A stretch of 64,000 nt of DNA from Octopus sinensis (GCF_006345805.1 NC_043004.1:100378001-100442000); one strand, 5' to 3'; counted from the first letter of the stretch, positions 39,438 to 52,730 are shown. Made by a program: numbers and translations. The notes: generated from the sequence alone by a model not told the origin.

Positions 39438-39985
39438 AATTTATTTTATCAGAAACTTTTTTTTTTAAATCTAGTACTATTTCTATCAGAGACTTTTACC
39501 GAACCGCTAGTTTTCGGGAACATCTACTAAATTTACTCACTAAGAACTGGTTAAGAGTTATAATCATGATACTTTGTCCAAGATAACATGCACTGCGATT
39601 GAACCCGAAATAACGAGGTTGCAAAGCCGCGCCAGCAATTATTTGCATTATTTAAAGAAATTAACCCGTGGCTTTGAGGAAACATATGTAATTGAATCGT
39701 TATGAAGATATATGAGATACAAGTGTCAACTATTGTAAACAAAGGTCATGGAAACAGTAAGGAAGCACGACTAGATTAAGAATTTTTCTTCGCAAACAGG
39801 TGGTTCCGTTTCGATCTCTCTGCGTGATACCTTTGGTAAATGCTACAGGCTCCTGTTTATCAACAACATGTCTTGGACACACATAAATGGAGACTGTGTG
39901 GGAACTCGTTCGTATAGTGTCTATACACGTCTGGTATGTCCACACACACACACGCACACATACGCATATATGTTCATGTGTGCAT

Positions 39986-40028
<43 letters not shown>

Positions 40029-40053
40029 ATATATATATATATATGTATGTATG

Positions 40054-40089
<36 letters not shown>

Positions 40090-40363
40090 TGTATGTATGT
40101 ATGTATGTGTGTGTGTATATGTTTGTGAGTCTGTGTTTGTCACCCCAACATCGCTTGACAACTGATGCTGGTGTGTTTACGTCTCCGTAACTTAAGAATA
40201 AGTCCTGGGGTCGATGTGCTCCAGCATGGCCACAGTCAAATGACGGAAACAAGTAAAAGTAAAAGACTAAAAGAATGATGCAAACTGCATGTTTGTGTAC
40301 CTTCTCTATTTCTTCATTTTATTATAACAAATCAGCTTATTCTAGATCACTGCTTCTGTTTGT

Positions 40364-40410
<47 letters not shown>

Positions 40411-40576
40411 ATGTGTGGTGTATGCGTGCCTGTTGACATTATGCATGCGAGCGTATGTGCGTGTTAACAGTATTACTGTCTTTGCCTGCTGGTTATCTTA
40501 AACGGTGAGTGATAATGGTTGAAACACAGTAATCTTAATATTTTTTTCTTTTATTAATCAGTATTTTATTTTGTCG

Positions 40577-40864
40577 TGGAGGCATATGGCATAGTGGTGG
40601 TGGTTAGAGCTGCGGACTCGCGGTCGAGGGATCGCGGGTTCGAAACTCAGACGGGAGACTGTGTGTTTATGAGTGAAACGCCTAAGCTCCACGCGGCTCC
40701 GGAAGAAGATAAGAGCGAACTTCTGCTAACTCTTTCACCACAACTTTCTCTCACACCTTCCTCCTGCGACGGACCGTCATCCCGTCCAGGTGGAGAACCT
40801 ATATGCCAAGGAAACCGGAAAACCGACCCTTATGAGCCAGGCATAGCTCGAGAAGGAAAAACCC
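40577..40864 (+). mobile_element. SINE family C (duplicate unit)
   Basis: Paralogue of 39155-39437 within the tandem duplication. Confidence 0.85.
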
Positions 40865-41418
40865 ATTTATTTTATCAGAAACTTTTCTTAAAATCTTGTA
40901 CTTTTTCTATCAGAGACTTTTACCGAACCGCTAGTTTTCGTGGACATCTACTAAATTTATTCACTAAGAACTGGTTAAGGGCTATAATCATGATATTTTG
41001 TCCAAGATAACATGCACTGCGATTGAACCCGAAATAACGAGACTGCAAAGCCGCGCCAGCAATTATTTGCATTATTTAAAGAAAATTAACCCGTGGCTTT
41101 GAGGAAACATATGTAATTGAATCGTTAATGAAGATATATGAGATACAAGTGTCAACTATTGTAAACAAAGGGTCATGGAAACAGTAAGGAAGGCACGACT
41201 ATTGATTAAGAATTTTTCTTCGCAAACAGGTGGTTCCGTTTCGATCTCTCTGCGTGATACCTTTGGTAAATGCTACAGGCTCCTGTTTATCAACAACATG
41301 TCATTGGACACACATAAATGGAGACTGTGTGGGAACTCGTTCGTATGAGTGTCTATACACGTCTGTGTATGTCCACACACACACACGCACACATACGCAT
41401 ATATGTTCATGTGTGCAT

Positions 41419-41478
<60 letters not shown>

Positions 41479-41597
41479 AATATGCGTGTTGTGTGTGAGT
41501 ATGTATCTGTGTATATTTACATATATTTATTGTACTTGGAGATGGTCGTATTTTGCCAATTTAACTCGTGCACTTAATATTTGATTTTCACTTCAGC

Positions 41598-41635
<38 letters not shown>

Positions 41636-41636
<1 letters not shown>

Positions 41637-41876
41637 TGTTTCTTTATTGCCAACAGGTGGCTAAACATAGAGAGAACAAACAAAGGGATTAAGACGATTA
41701 CATCGACCCCAGTGCGTAACTGCTACTTATTTAATCGACCCCGAAAGGATGAAAGGCAAAGTTGACCTCGGCGGAATTTGAACTCAGAACGTAACGACAG
41801 ACGAAATACCTATTTCTTTATTACCCACAAGGGGCTAAACATAGATTGGACAAACAAGGACAAACAAATGTAATAA
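41636..41876 (-). mobile_element. SINE family B, truncated dimer
   Basis: Unit 41636-41810 is joined at ACGAAATACC to the tail of a second unit. Confidence 0.8.
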
Positions 41877-42132
41877 GCAGAACAATAGGAGACACATGGG
41901 ACAGAGAATCGCCGAAGAAACTAAAATAATAATTTTAAATCTGAAATGAAGACCAGATATGTTGTGCATGTGTTCCTGTACGTGTGCTTACAGACAGACA
42001 GACAGATAGATATATTTGGTTACCTCAGACTTCTTTTTACGGGACCACGAAACTTTAATTTGCATGTAACCGAATCAAACAGTTAAATAATGTGTGTGTG
42101 TGTGTACGAGCTCGCGCGCAACAATCGCTTAC

Positions 42133-42144
42133 CAATAAAGAAAC
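42133..42144 (-). CDS. Candidate 12-nt micro-exon (phase 1: G-F-F-I)
   Basis: tgtgtttatacattcgttag|GTTTCTTTATTG|gtaagc. Confidence 0.45.
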
Positions 42145-42777
42145 CTAACGAATGTATAAACACATTGTCAGCTGCCAACAGAAATTCGTTATGGTTTCAA
42201 TGCCGATGCAGTACTCTTCAAGCTGTTGGTATTATCAGCATCAGATATCGAAAAGTTGCTTGGAAATAACGAATACTAACCAAGGGCGAAACAAAATTTC
42301 AGTATGTTCATTGAGTTCACATCTGCTTAAATTTACTAATCGCAAAACAGAAAGCGAACGAAACTTTACCCAACATATAACGTAAACTAAAGCAGAATGC
42401 AGCTGAGAAATATATGAATTTAAAAAAAAAAATACGATAAAGAAAATACTCCAAAATTAACATTGTCTCTTAAACAACCATAAAATATAAAGAACTATAA
42501 AAACATAAGAACGAACTAAACGTAGCATACTTAATTTACTAAACATAAAATCGATTAAATAAATTATCTAACATATAAAACAATTACAGCCGGAGAAATA
42601 TAACTGAGACATATATCCATTAAGAAAATAATACAAAACGAATAAGCTGTCATTGAACTGCAGCTATTAAACATATAAATTAATTAATTTTAAAGAAAAT
42701 AAAACTAAAACGAACATTACCATCTAATAAACTATGATATATAATTAAAACTAACTAAAGGTACAGAAACGGCTTAC

Positions 42778-42816
42778 CACATAAACCAAAATAATTATGT
42801 CTCATGTGGTACCAAA
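42778..42816 (-). CDS. Candidate 39-nt exon (phase 1: WYHMRHNYFGLC)
   Basis: gttttggctcttttag|TTTGGTACCACATGAGACATAATTATTTTGGTTTATGTG|gtaagc. Only phase 1 is open; T-rich flanking introns. Confidence 0.5.
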
Positions 42817-43380
42817 CTAAAAGAGCCAAAACGTACATAATGTTTCAACGTTAAATAACAGAAGATTGATCGTAGCTTATTAACTGAAGTGCGCCAAATA
42901 CTTCCCAGCGAAAGTAGCCATTTATATAGAATAGGACCTGGCGATATACTAAAAATTATGCACATAGACTTCAAATATGACAGCTTCGGGATGCAAGCTG
43001 ATCAGTCACCTAGTTGCAAAGCCTCAACACTTAATTTCAGTTTAAATAAAAAAAAAAAAAACGAGTACCCATTTAAAGGAAAATTTAAACATGGAAGTTG
43101 GCACATCCTGTGGATTTTCAGTCCATCGGTGAATGAACCACGAAGTCCAACACTCTGGCTTGACAGGGAAAGCAATTTATTGTACACCCAGCGGAACAAA
43201 ACACGAAACCTGTATAAAGAGATGTATACAGAACAGCCGACAACCTTCCATTACCAACGTGGTCCTCCAGAGCAACAATTCAAAGAAGTAAATTTCTCTT
43301 AAAAGTCGAATGTTTTCGTGTTATTGGTGTTAGTTGCTGCAGAATCATTATCTTCTAATCAGTTTTTCTGCTCTGCTTAC

Positions 43381-43432
43381 CATATTTCAATAATAGGCTC
43401 AAGTTTATCTCAAGAAATTTAAAAGATCCCAT
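43381..43432 (-). CDS. Candidate first coding exon (MGSFKFLEINLSLLLKY, phase-1 end)
   Basis: ATG at 43432 is in frame to ...AAATATG|gtaagc. No good acceptor upstream. Confidence 0.25.
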
Positions 43433-44060
43433 ATATATTCTCATAAAGTTAATAATGAAAATAAAGTTACGTTTACGAATTTGTGCTAGAAGATTTCTGA
43501 TGTAAAACCGTGTCTTGAAAATGATTTTGTTGTATTTCGGGATGGTCATTTTTTTTTTCAAATAAATACTATATAATCGTTTTTCTCTAGGTTATCACTG
43601 TTCTTAATTTGACTCATGTCCCCCTCGTCCGGAAATCTCTCGTCACACATCTGTGACCGCTTCAGCGTCACATTGAAAACCAGATTTTATGTGTTTAGGG
43701 CAGGAATTTGAAGAAAGTTCTCTGTAAATCTGACGACACTTCTGGTTGTCTTTCTATTCCTCACTAAATTATTTTTGAAATACGGGTGTGACAACCCCAA
43801 GCATCGATCTGCATAAATTCAAACTTCTTACCAATTCAAAAATCCTTGAAGCACATTCATATATTGTTTCTCTCTTCATCTCTCTCTCTCTCTCTTTCTC
43901 CCCCTCTCTCTCTCTCTATTTCTATCTGTGTATGTATCTCTCTATCTATCTTTCTATATATCTTTCTGTCTATCTCTATCTCTATGAATATATATTTGTC
44001 TTTTTTCAAACTTTATATTTTTCATTTCATCTGTTTACCACTGACTCATTTTCTCCCCAC

Positions 44061-44110
<50 letters not shown>

Positions 44111-44654
44111 GTCTGTCTATCTATCTTTCATCCAATATGTCTTACTTATGAATACAGAGACAAGTAACTGTAGCGCCTTGCTTGCCAGGCTGATGCAGTC
44201 AACCCAGCATCATAGCTACACTTCATATTAAACCGTCCGGACACAATATCAACGATGTCTGATAGAAAGCATGGCTCCCAATAAGCAGTTCTGTCATATT
44301 GTTACACTACTGGAGACATTATTCTTGTGTAGTGGACATGAGGCAAGAGTTGATAACAGATAATTATTGTCTCTGATAAACTGCAAATCCCCCTCCTCTC
44401 TCTCTCTCTCACACACACACACATACTCTTTCTCCTTCTCTCTCTTTTTCTCTCTCATCCTCCCTCACCCCCTCTCTCTCTATATCTATCTCGCTTTTTC
44501 TTTTTCTTTTTCTCTTTCTTTCTCTTTCGCTCTCTCTCACTCTAGCTAGCTTGGCTGTTCGTGTACCCGCACCCGCCCTCTTTTTGTCCGGCAAGCAGAA
44601 TACTGTACGAGCACCTTCAGCAATTACATTTATACATATATATTCGTAGCTTGC

Positions 44655-45035
44655 TTACGAATCACATGGTTCCGGGTTCAGTCCCACTACGTGGCACCTT
44701 GGACAAGTGTCTTCTACTATAGCCTCGGGCCGACCAAAGCTTTGTGAATGGATTTGATAGACGGAAACTGAAAGAATCCCGTCGTATATATGCATATATA
44801 TAAATGTGAGTATATGTGTGTATATATTTGTGTGTCTGTGTTTGTCCCCCCCCCCAACATCGCTTGACAACCGATGCTGGTGTGTTTACGTTCCCGTAAC
44901 TTAGCGATTCGGCAAAAAAGACCTATAGAATAAGTACTAGGCTTACAAAGAATATGTCCTGGGGTCGATTTGCTCGACTAAAAAAGGCGGTGCTCCAGCA
45001 TGGCCACATTCAAATGACTGAAGCAAGTAAATGAG
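44655..45035 (+). mobile_element. SINE family A copy
   Basis: Head-core-microsatellite-body arrangement as at 7985. Confidence 0.85.
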
Positions 45036-45064
45036 TACATACATACTCACATACACACACACCG

Positions 45065-45108
<44 letters not shown>

Positions 45109-45319
45109 CTAATGCAGGATAACATTTTTCGAAAAAAATTCTATCAATGCCCAGCATATTAAAAAATACCTTTAAAGGTTAAATTTATAAACAATTTATA
45201 AGTAAAGCAAAAGAAAAAAATTCTGATGCGTGCTTGTAGTGATAAATTACATAGTTATTGACGTTGTGTCTATTTTCGGCATATTTTGGCATTAGAAATT
45301 TTTTCTTTTGCCCTAACTT

Positions 45320-45364
<45 letters not shown>

Positions 45365-45627
45365 TCAGTAAATCATAACTCGGAAAGGGAAGCACACTCC
45401 AAGGTATAGAGCAGAAGAGTATTTAGAGAATTTCAGTGGACGGTTCATGGGTTACCCACGATTTCACGTCCATGAAGCACAACCCTAATTACTGGTGCCC
45501 TATAACTTCCAGCTATTATGGTGTGAGGAGATGTATGTAAAGCTAAGCGCTTTCTGAACACGAAAACCTGGGCAACCCCATGAAGCAACCATGATTAATA
45601 TTCTCTAAGTATGTATATATATATATC

Positions 45628-46006
45628 TCTTTTTACTCTTTTTGCGGCCATGCTGGAGCAGCGTCTTTAATCGAGCAACTCGACCCCGGGACTTATTCTT
45701 TTGTAAGCCCAGTACTTATTCTATCGGTCTCTTTGCCGAACCGCTAAGTAACGGGGACATAAACACACCAGCATCGGTTGTCAAGCAATGCTACAAACAC
45801 AGACACACAAACACACACACACGCATATATATATATATATACATATATACGACGGGCTTCTTTCAGTTTCCATCTACTAAATCCACTCACAAGGCTTTGG
45901 TCGACCCGAGGCTATAGTAGAAGACACTTGCCCAAGGTGCCATGCAGTGGGACTGAACCCAGAACCATGTGGTTGGTTAGCAAGCTACTTACCACACAGC
46001 CACTCC
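45628..46006 (-). mobile_element. SINE family A copy
   Basis: Reverse complement of the full family A arrangement. Confidence 0.85.
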
Positions 46007-46009
46007 ATA

Positions 46010-46076
<67 letters not shown>

Positions 46077-46959
46077 ATATATATATAGGAACAGAGAGAG
46101 AGAGCAATTAGACAAACGATAAAGCTTATGTTTTACATAACTTTGTTCACTTTATGAACGTTTCAAAGACTTAGGAAAATCGTTTCCTTGTCATACAATG
46201 GTTTGAAAGCATAACCAATCAATCAATCAATCAAATCCTCAATTAATTAATAGAATAGTTAGCCCTCAACAATTTTCCTTCAGTCATTTAATCTATTAAA
46301 ATAGACTTTCAGGGTTTCCAACAAAAATACCTGTAAAAGCGGAGTTGTTGATAACAGACATATCAAGTTCTCTTCTTTGTTTTATTATATACTTTCCTAA
46401 TTTGCGGTTCTGTGAAGCCCAGATGCCACCAAGTTTTGGAATGTGCTAGTCCCTAAGAACATAACACATGTAAATCACATCTACTTAATATATTTTTGTG
46501 GAAAGCGTGTATTTTAAAGTATCTAAAAGGATAAGCAACTACGAAGTTCAACTGGGTACGTAATAGATGTATGTAAAATATAAAGTTAATTGTTCACAAC
46601 TGTAGTCCATTTCAGAAGTATTGGATTTACTTGATATTTAAAGTGTATTCAATTGAATAAAATTAAATAAGATTAAACTGAAGTGAATTATGTGCATTAG
46701 TTAAGGATTATACTAACGATTAACATTTACTTAGGAAAAGAGTACTTGGTATATTGCATAATAGATAATTTAAGAAGGAATAGAGAAAATCCATAACAAA
46801 ATATGTATTAATCTTATTTATACAAATACCAAGGTAAGTTAATTGTGTAGGATTTTTAAGTGGAAACGATAAGAACATTTTGTTAAATAAGCGAGAATAA
46901 CGGATTAATATCTCTTAATGTTCAGGAGAGAAATGGATTATATATATATATATATCTCG

Positions 46960-47350
46960 ACCAACATGTGTCCCCGCTACCGAAACGGTAATTATTTCTA
47001 CGCCAGCTGCTATGTTGTTGTTGTTTCTGTCTCATTTGGTCTAAAGTCGTATGACAACCACCGTTATATATATTTTGTTTATTCATTACTGTTTTCAATT
47101 TCGTTTTCGTCTCTTGTATTTACATCCGTCTTGTGCGTTCACATTCCTGTCTTCTACCAAGAAATCTAATGCTTACAGCTTAGTTTTTTTTCTTGGGGCT
47201 GGCCGAGTTGGAGCAAATATCAGAATTGAACAGCCGAAATTTGCTATGATGATTCGGTGTCTGACTGAAGATTGAAGGCTTCGAATGATTTGTCTGTGTT
47301 CCGTGTTCGTCCCTTCCTGTATTTCACGTTCATTATATATAAAAACATTC
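46960..47350 (+). repeat. Dispersed repeat family 2 copy
   Basis: Homologous to 38190-38590; directly upstream of a Penelope RT fragment. Confidence 0.7.
47213..47280 (+). ncRNA. Non-circularly permuted hammerhead ribozyme candidate, family 2
   Basis: GCAAAU-A|UCAGA-7nt-AGCC-GAAAUUUGC-15nt-UCUGA-CUGAAGA-uugaa-GGCU. Perfect 6-bp helix III and 5-bp helix I. Confidence 0.65.
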
Positions 47351-47375
47351 ATTCTTATATATATATATATATCGT

Positions 47376-47830
47376 AAGTTTCTAGAAAGATACGGCAGCC
47401 CATTCTCTCTCTGCATAGAAAATAACTGGAAGAGATATCTAGATGACTGTTTCATTCTTTGGTATGAAAATATAGAGAAACTTAAAGAATTCCAAGCACT
47501 TTTAAATGGACTTAACGTAAACATTCAATTCACGATGGAATATAGCCAGCAACAACTTCCCATCCTCGACATTCTCATTAAGAAATCTAACAATGTAATA
47601 GAAACAGATATATACTATAAGCCTACGGATTCCAAGCAATAACTACCGGTCAACTCATGCAACCGGAGACACACCAGAATGAATATCCCCTTCAACCTAG
47701 CAAAAAGGATGTGTCCTATAGTTTGACTACATGAACTAATGGATACACGCATCATCAGGAACTACTCACCTTCACTAACTGACATATGCTTTCAACGTGC
47801 CCTTCAACTTAACATCCAGGAACTCAGAGT
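47376..47830 (+). mobile_element. Penelope-like RT C-terminal fragment
   Basis: WKRYLDDCFILW...IQFTME...LPILDILI...TDIYYKPTDSKQ*...HTRMNIPFNLAKR; one in-frame stop. Confidence 0.85.
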
Positions 47831-47949
47831 AATAGGAACCCTCGTCATCGTAAACGACGGAGTACCAGTTTTAGATATTTGTGGAGATTGAATTGTCTCA
47901 ACAGGGAAACAAATTTCATATGCTGTTCACGAGACTAACTACCCTAAGA

Positions 47950-48075
47950 ATTAGGTTAAAGGACTGCGTGTCTGTGGAGTGCTCGGCCACTTGCAATGCT
48001 AATTTCATGAGCAGGCTGTGCAGTTGATCGAATTAACTGGAACACTTGTCGTAGTAACCGACGGAGAACCATGCC
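47950..48075 (+). repeat. Probable SINE 3' fragment (partial second copy at 47835-47865)
   Basis: GGAAC.CT.GTC.T.GTAA.CGACGGAG occurs twice. Family identity is inferred. Confidence 0.4.
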
Positions 48076-49837
48076 ATCAATTTATTTTGCAGTAATTACT
48101 TTTAGTTTTGGGCAGAACGAGTATAAACATTTACCTTTACAGGATTCAAGTCTATTGCAACTCTCCATATGAAATTTCCACAGCTTCTTATTCCTAGACA
48201 CAACAAATGAAGTAAATCATATAGAATTAAGTGTCATTACCAGAAATACTATGAAATTCCTGCACTGCATTTGAACTCACACATAAATTGGTAGTTTAAT
48301 ATCTTAACCTATCATCAATTTCATATAGGAATTATATCGAAGACCAACTAAATTTGAACTTGGAGTAACTGTTTATATTTATTAAGATCTTATATTAACC
48401 GACCACCCACCCCATGTACGCCTTCTTAACACTCCCATACTTAAATGCTATTCCAGCGACATTCAGTTCTGAGTACTTTTGGGAACAGTTATAATGAAAT
48501 AAACCCAAAATTCCCATTAGATCTAATTAATTAATTGAACATTTGCTTCAGCGGAGAAGGACTACGTTGCAGTAATCAGAGATGGAGTTTAACTACTGTC
48601 ATAAATATAAGATAGTGTAAGGGAAGTGATTAGAATACAGGTCCGTCCAAACTATATCATCTAAAATAGGCGCCTTTATGATAGCAAAAACATAATACGA
48701 AAATAAATGCGTAAATATACAAATAAAACAATACGATAAATATAAATTTGAAATGTTCGGACATACAAAACAAAAATCTATAAGCGATGACAAAAGATGA
48801 TTATAAGCTCATTATCATTGTCAAAATCTTTCATAGAATGAAATGAAATGTAGAAAAAGTATGTTGTAAAATACAAATAAAGAAAGGATGTATAGATTAT
48901 ATTTCTACTGTCTCATCCATAACCTTTTAGCTATCTGGATATCTTTACACCGTTAGATTTCAGCCTGATAATAATGTTTGCAATTTTAATGTGAAAACTT
49001 ACAATAAGATATATATTTACTTTACATCTCTCTCTCTCTTTCTATATATATATATATACATATATATATACATATATATATACATACACATATATATATA
49101 TGTATATATGTGTATATATGAATACATATATGTGTGTATATATGTATGTATAAATGTATGTTTGTATATACATAGTTTTTCCCATTAACAAATTAAAACC
49201 ACGAATGTAATACTGCATCGGACATTTTGAAATGGATTCCAATACTTCTTTTGTTTTCTTGTTTTTCTTTTTTTCGAATTAATAGTTCACCAGTCACTAG
49301 AATAACGATATTGAAATTTAAAGATGTCCCTGTAAACCCAAGGGCACAGTCTTATGCAGTACAAGGTCCAAACTATGGGGTCTCTACCACTACATTCTGA
49401 ATCACCAATCAGACAGTCAGACGCATGAATCTACAACACAACAACACATTTAAAAGATAGCCTAGAAACATTAAACTTTCATCTCTTTCATTTTGTTTTG
49501 CTCTGTTCAGGAAGGGGTTGTGCCCATAACAGTCCGCAGGCCATCTCTGATATATTGTATTGATGCTAGTAATGTTCCTATTGACCAATTGCCAAATAAC
49601 GATGGGAGGTCAAGCACGAACAGATTAGGATTTCGAAAAGTCAGTGTTCTGGGAAGAACTGGAGGTAGTTAGTGGTTGGTGCACCGAAGAGAGATATGTA
49701 AGTGCGGAGACATGTAAGTCCGGAGACATGTAAGTCCGGAGCGCCTAAGTGGAAGTGAAATGAAACCAAGACAGCTCCGAGGAGCTTATGCGATACGAGT
49801 GTACATACATACATACATTTCTTTTTTTTTTTCTTTT

Positions 49838-50017
49838 TCCTCTGTCTTCCCTTCTCTGGATCTTTCCTTCTCCTATGTTTCCGACGAAGAGCTCCGCTCG
49901 AAACGTTAAACCCTCCTTCTTCCCTTCTTTCCTGAGCGTCCAATAATACTATATTTGTTCCACGTCTTCGCGTTGTTGTGGGGGTTTTTTGTGTTTTCTT
50001 GTTTGGATTAACTTTAT
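49838..50017 (+). repeat. ~190-bp pLTR-like repeat with minimal hammerhead motif (49877-49911)
   Basis: Motif identical to 10614-10648. Confidence 0.75.
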
Positions 50018-50224
50018 ATACATACATATATACATACATGCATTCATAAAGCAAAGCAGACAAATCTGCACATATAAATACATACATACATAAAATAAAA
50101 CAGACACATATGCACATATACATACACACAAAAAACCTTGTTGTTAATGTTGAAATTCCAGTGAGGGAGCTTTGGGTCTAAGTTAGAAACTTGTTCTTTC
50201 TCTATTGAACAATGACATACATAC

Positions 50225-52730
50225 ATACCAAAATTTGTGCATCAACTGTCTCTCTATGTCCCCCATTCCACACAAAGAAATTCACAAGAACCTAGGCATA
50301 GATGAAAATATATCATATGAAGACACTGTGCATAAAAGAGTGACTCGTGAATGTTACATCAGACTTAGGAAAATATAGCAGTCAGAACTCTCTTCTTACA
50401 ACAAAACAATATACCACAATGCATTTGCAGTTACAGTGCTGATCCCAAAATTTGAGATACTTGATTGGTCTGTAGAGGAAATGTGTTCCATAGAAATCAA
50501 AATCCCTAAAAAACATGAGAACAACTGGGAACTTCCACAGAAACAGTGATATTGACAGGCTCTACTTTAAGAGTAATGAAGGTGGTAGAGTCCTGAGATC
50601 AGTACAGACGGTCTTCCAATGCCGTATGGTAACACTCAGGCAGCACCTACTAAGCAACAGCAGCAAAAATAAACATATAAATGCAGTGCTGAAAAATAAA
50701 GTGAGCAGCATTGCAGGAGTTGGCAGTGAGCTCCTCAAGAAATACACTCTTCCTGATGACCTCCTATACAGTCCCAAAACAGCTGGGCTCTCTTACATCA
50801 GAGTAGACCTGGATAAAAAGCACTCAGCATACAAACAAAAAAGGCTATGCATGGGTATGTTGCCGGAAGTTTGAAGAAGACAGTAGAATTGACACGAAGC
50901 GCGGCCTCTCTTGGACACAAGACCACTACGTCACATCACACTTTGAAGGCTATGCATTTGCAATCCAGGAACAGTAGATTGCTACAAAGTACCTGGTGAA
51001 CAAGAGAAACAGTGACACTCTTGTAATCCCAAGGTGCAACCGCATGTGTAGGCTATGTCATGCTTCTGTGAAAGACATCACGCATGTGATTAGCAGCTAT
51101 CCTAAAACGTCGTCACAGTACTACCTCCCTATGCGGCACAATATTTTTGCTAAAACAATTTACAATGCGACCTGAAAAAATGATTGTCCTGAAATAAACT
51201 TAGAAAATCCGTCTGTTATAGAATACATTCATAAACGCCAATCAAAGAATACTGGTGGAATATTCCCATAAAAATTTCTGTTAAATGTAAACATAACACG
51301 TCGCATATTGTTATTTGGGATAGAAGGGCAAAGGTGTGTACCATCATAGAGGTCAGCTGCTCCGCAGATATGAATATCTCTTGGAAAATCAAAAGTAAAA
51401 AGAAGAGGATATATATGGACAACTGTTCGAAACCCCCAACTTCTATCAGGCTGAGTAAAAAGTAAGCAACGTTTTGAAACACGAAATTCATCACAATATA
51501 TTTCAACAATACGGAAATTTTATTCATCAAAGTAAGTATCGTTACAATTAACACATTTTTGCCAACGAGTTACAAGTTTGGTTAACATAGAAATCTGGAG
51601 TTCTGGAACTGATGAACTCTTTCGACGCACTTTCAGCAGCGACTTGATTTTTTAACTCCTTCTCTCGCAGGAAACCATCAAGGTGCTTGAAAAAGTGGTA
51701 TTCGGTAGGAGAAAGGCCTGGGAAATAAGTTGGGTGGGGAAGGATTTCGGAGCCAAGTTTCTTCAACTTCTGGTGCGTAATTAATGAAACGTGTAGATGA
51801 GCATTGTCAAGAAGAATGATTGGCCCTCTTCTGTTGACCAGTCCGGGACGGAGGAGAAGCAGTTTTTAGTTCGTATTAACAACTTCATGGCAATATGTTT
51901 CTGCAGTAAGTGTTTTTCCGAGTTTTAAGAAATTATAGTGGGTGAGTTCAGCAGTACACCACCAAACAGTCACAATAACTTTCTTTTTGAAGAACTCGGG
52001 TTTAGGGAAGGTTTTCGGTGCTTCATTTTGGTCCCAAATTCTGCGAAGAACGTTTTTATTATTGTACAGAATCCACTTTTCATTGCAAGTCTTTCTCAAT
52101 GACGGTCTTTAATTGATCATCATATGACAGATGGGCGTCCACTACACTCAAGATCTTCAAGGACCAGGTCTCCACTGCGAAACCGTTTAAACCGTTTTCG
52201 AACTGACCACTCGCTGTGCATTTCCTCACCAAACGTTTCGTTGATATCGCGAGCAGTTTCAGCTGCTTTAGGTCCTTTTTTGAAGTTGAATTGTAAAATT
52301 GTTTGAATATCGCGCTTTGACAGTTCCATTTGAGATGATTGTAACAACGGGGAAAAATATCAATGTCAATTTGTGGATGCATTTGGATAAGTCTGTGTCT
52401 GTATTATCAGACAATTTCAAAAAAATGTTTGAAAAAAGTTCAAGACTCTTCAAAAATCCAGTACAAATTCTTCATGGTTCAAAACGTTGGTTACTTTTTA
52501 CTCACCCTGATATATATCAAGACGTCAGTTAATTCATTTTCATATCAATAATTATTGGATGACTAGGTTTTGGTAGTGAATGCTTAAAGGAGAATCTGGA
52601 TAAACTGGGATTTTCAGAAAGAGAAATCGACCGGCTAATTCGTACATTAGAAGTGCAATCTTTGAGTGGAACAGTAAAAATATGCAACACATTTCTCAAA
52701 TTCCAAATGTGAATTTGCCAGTGCTAACTA
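50225..52730 (+). mobile_element. Decayed R4/Dong-type LINE 3' half, split by a mariner
   Basis: DIDRLY..NEGGR, EGYAFAIQEQ, CRLCH..DITHVIS, RHN, IVIWDR..C.IIEVS. After the mariner it continues IIG*LG...GTVKICNTFL*. Confidence 0.8.
51446..52510 (-). mobile_element. Mariner (Tc1/mariner) transposon, internally deleted, intact TIRs
   Basis: 33-bp TIRs at 51446-51478 and 52478-52510 (TCAGG[C/G]TGAGTAAAAAGTAA[G/C]CAACGTTTTGAA), TA on both sides. Transposase motifs include RKRFKRFRSGD..LED.E.SGRP, WILYNN, VIVTVWW and HPTY.PGLSPTEYHFF. Confidence 0.92.

Larger units (their letters stand above)
38590..41440 (+). repeat. ~1.42-kb tandem duplication (two units, junction in (AT)n near 40010)
   Basis: 38701 matches 40121 and 39841 matches 41271. 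The units differ by substitutions and many 1-nt indels. Confidence 0.92.

Noticed and set aside
42380-42860. Mitochondrial insertion (very A-rich strand)
   Set aside because: No mitochondrial gene motif recognised; better explained as T-rich intron on the minus strand.
42889-43302. 137-aa plus-strand ORF as a gene
   Set aside because: Non-ATG start, runs through a poly-A tract, no recognisable domain.
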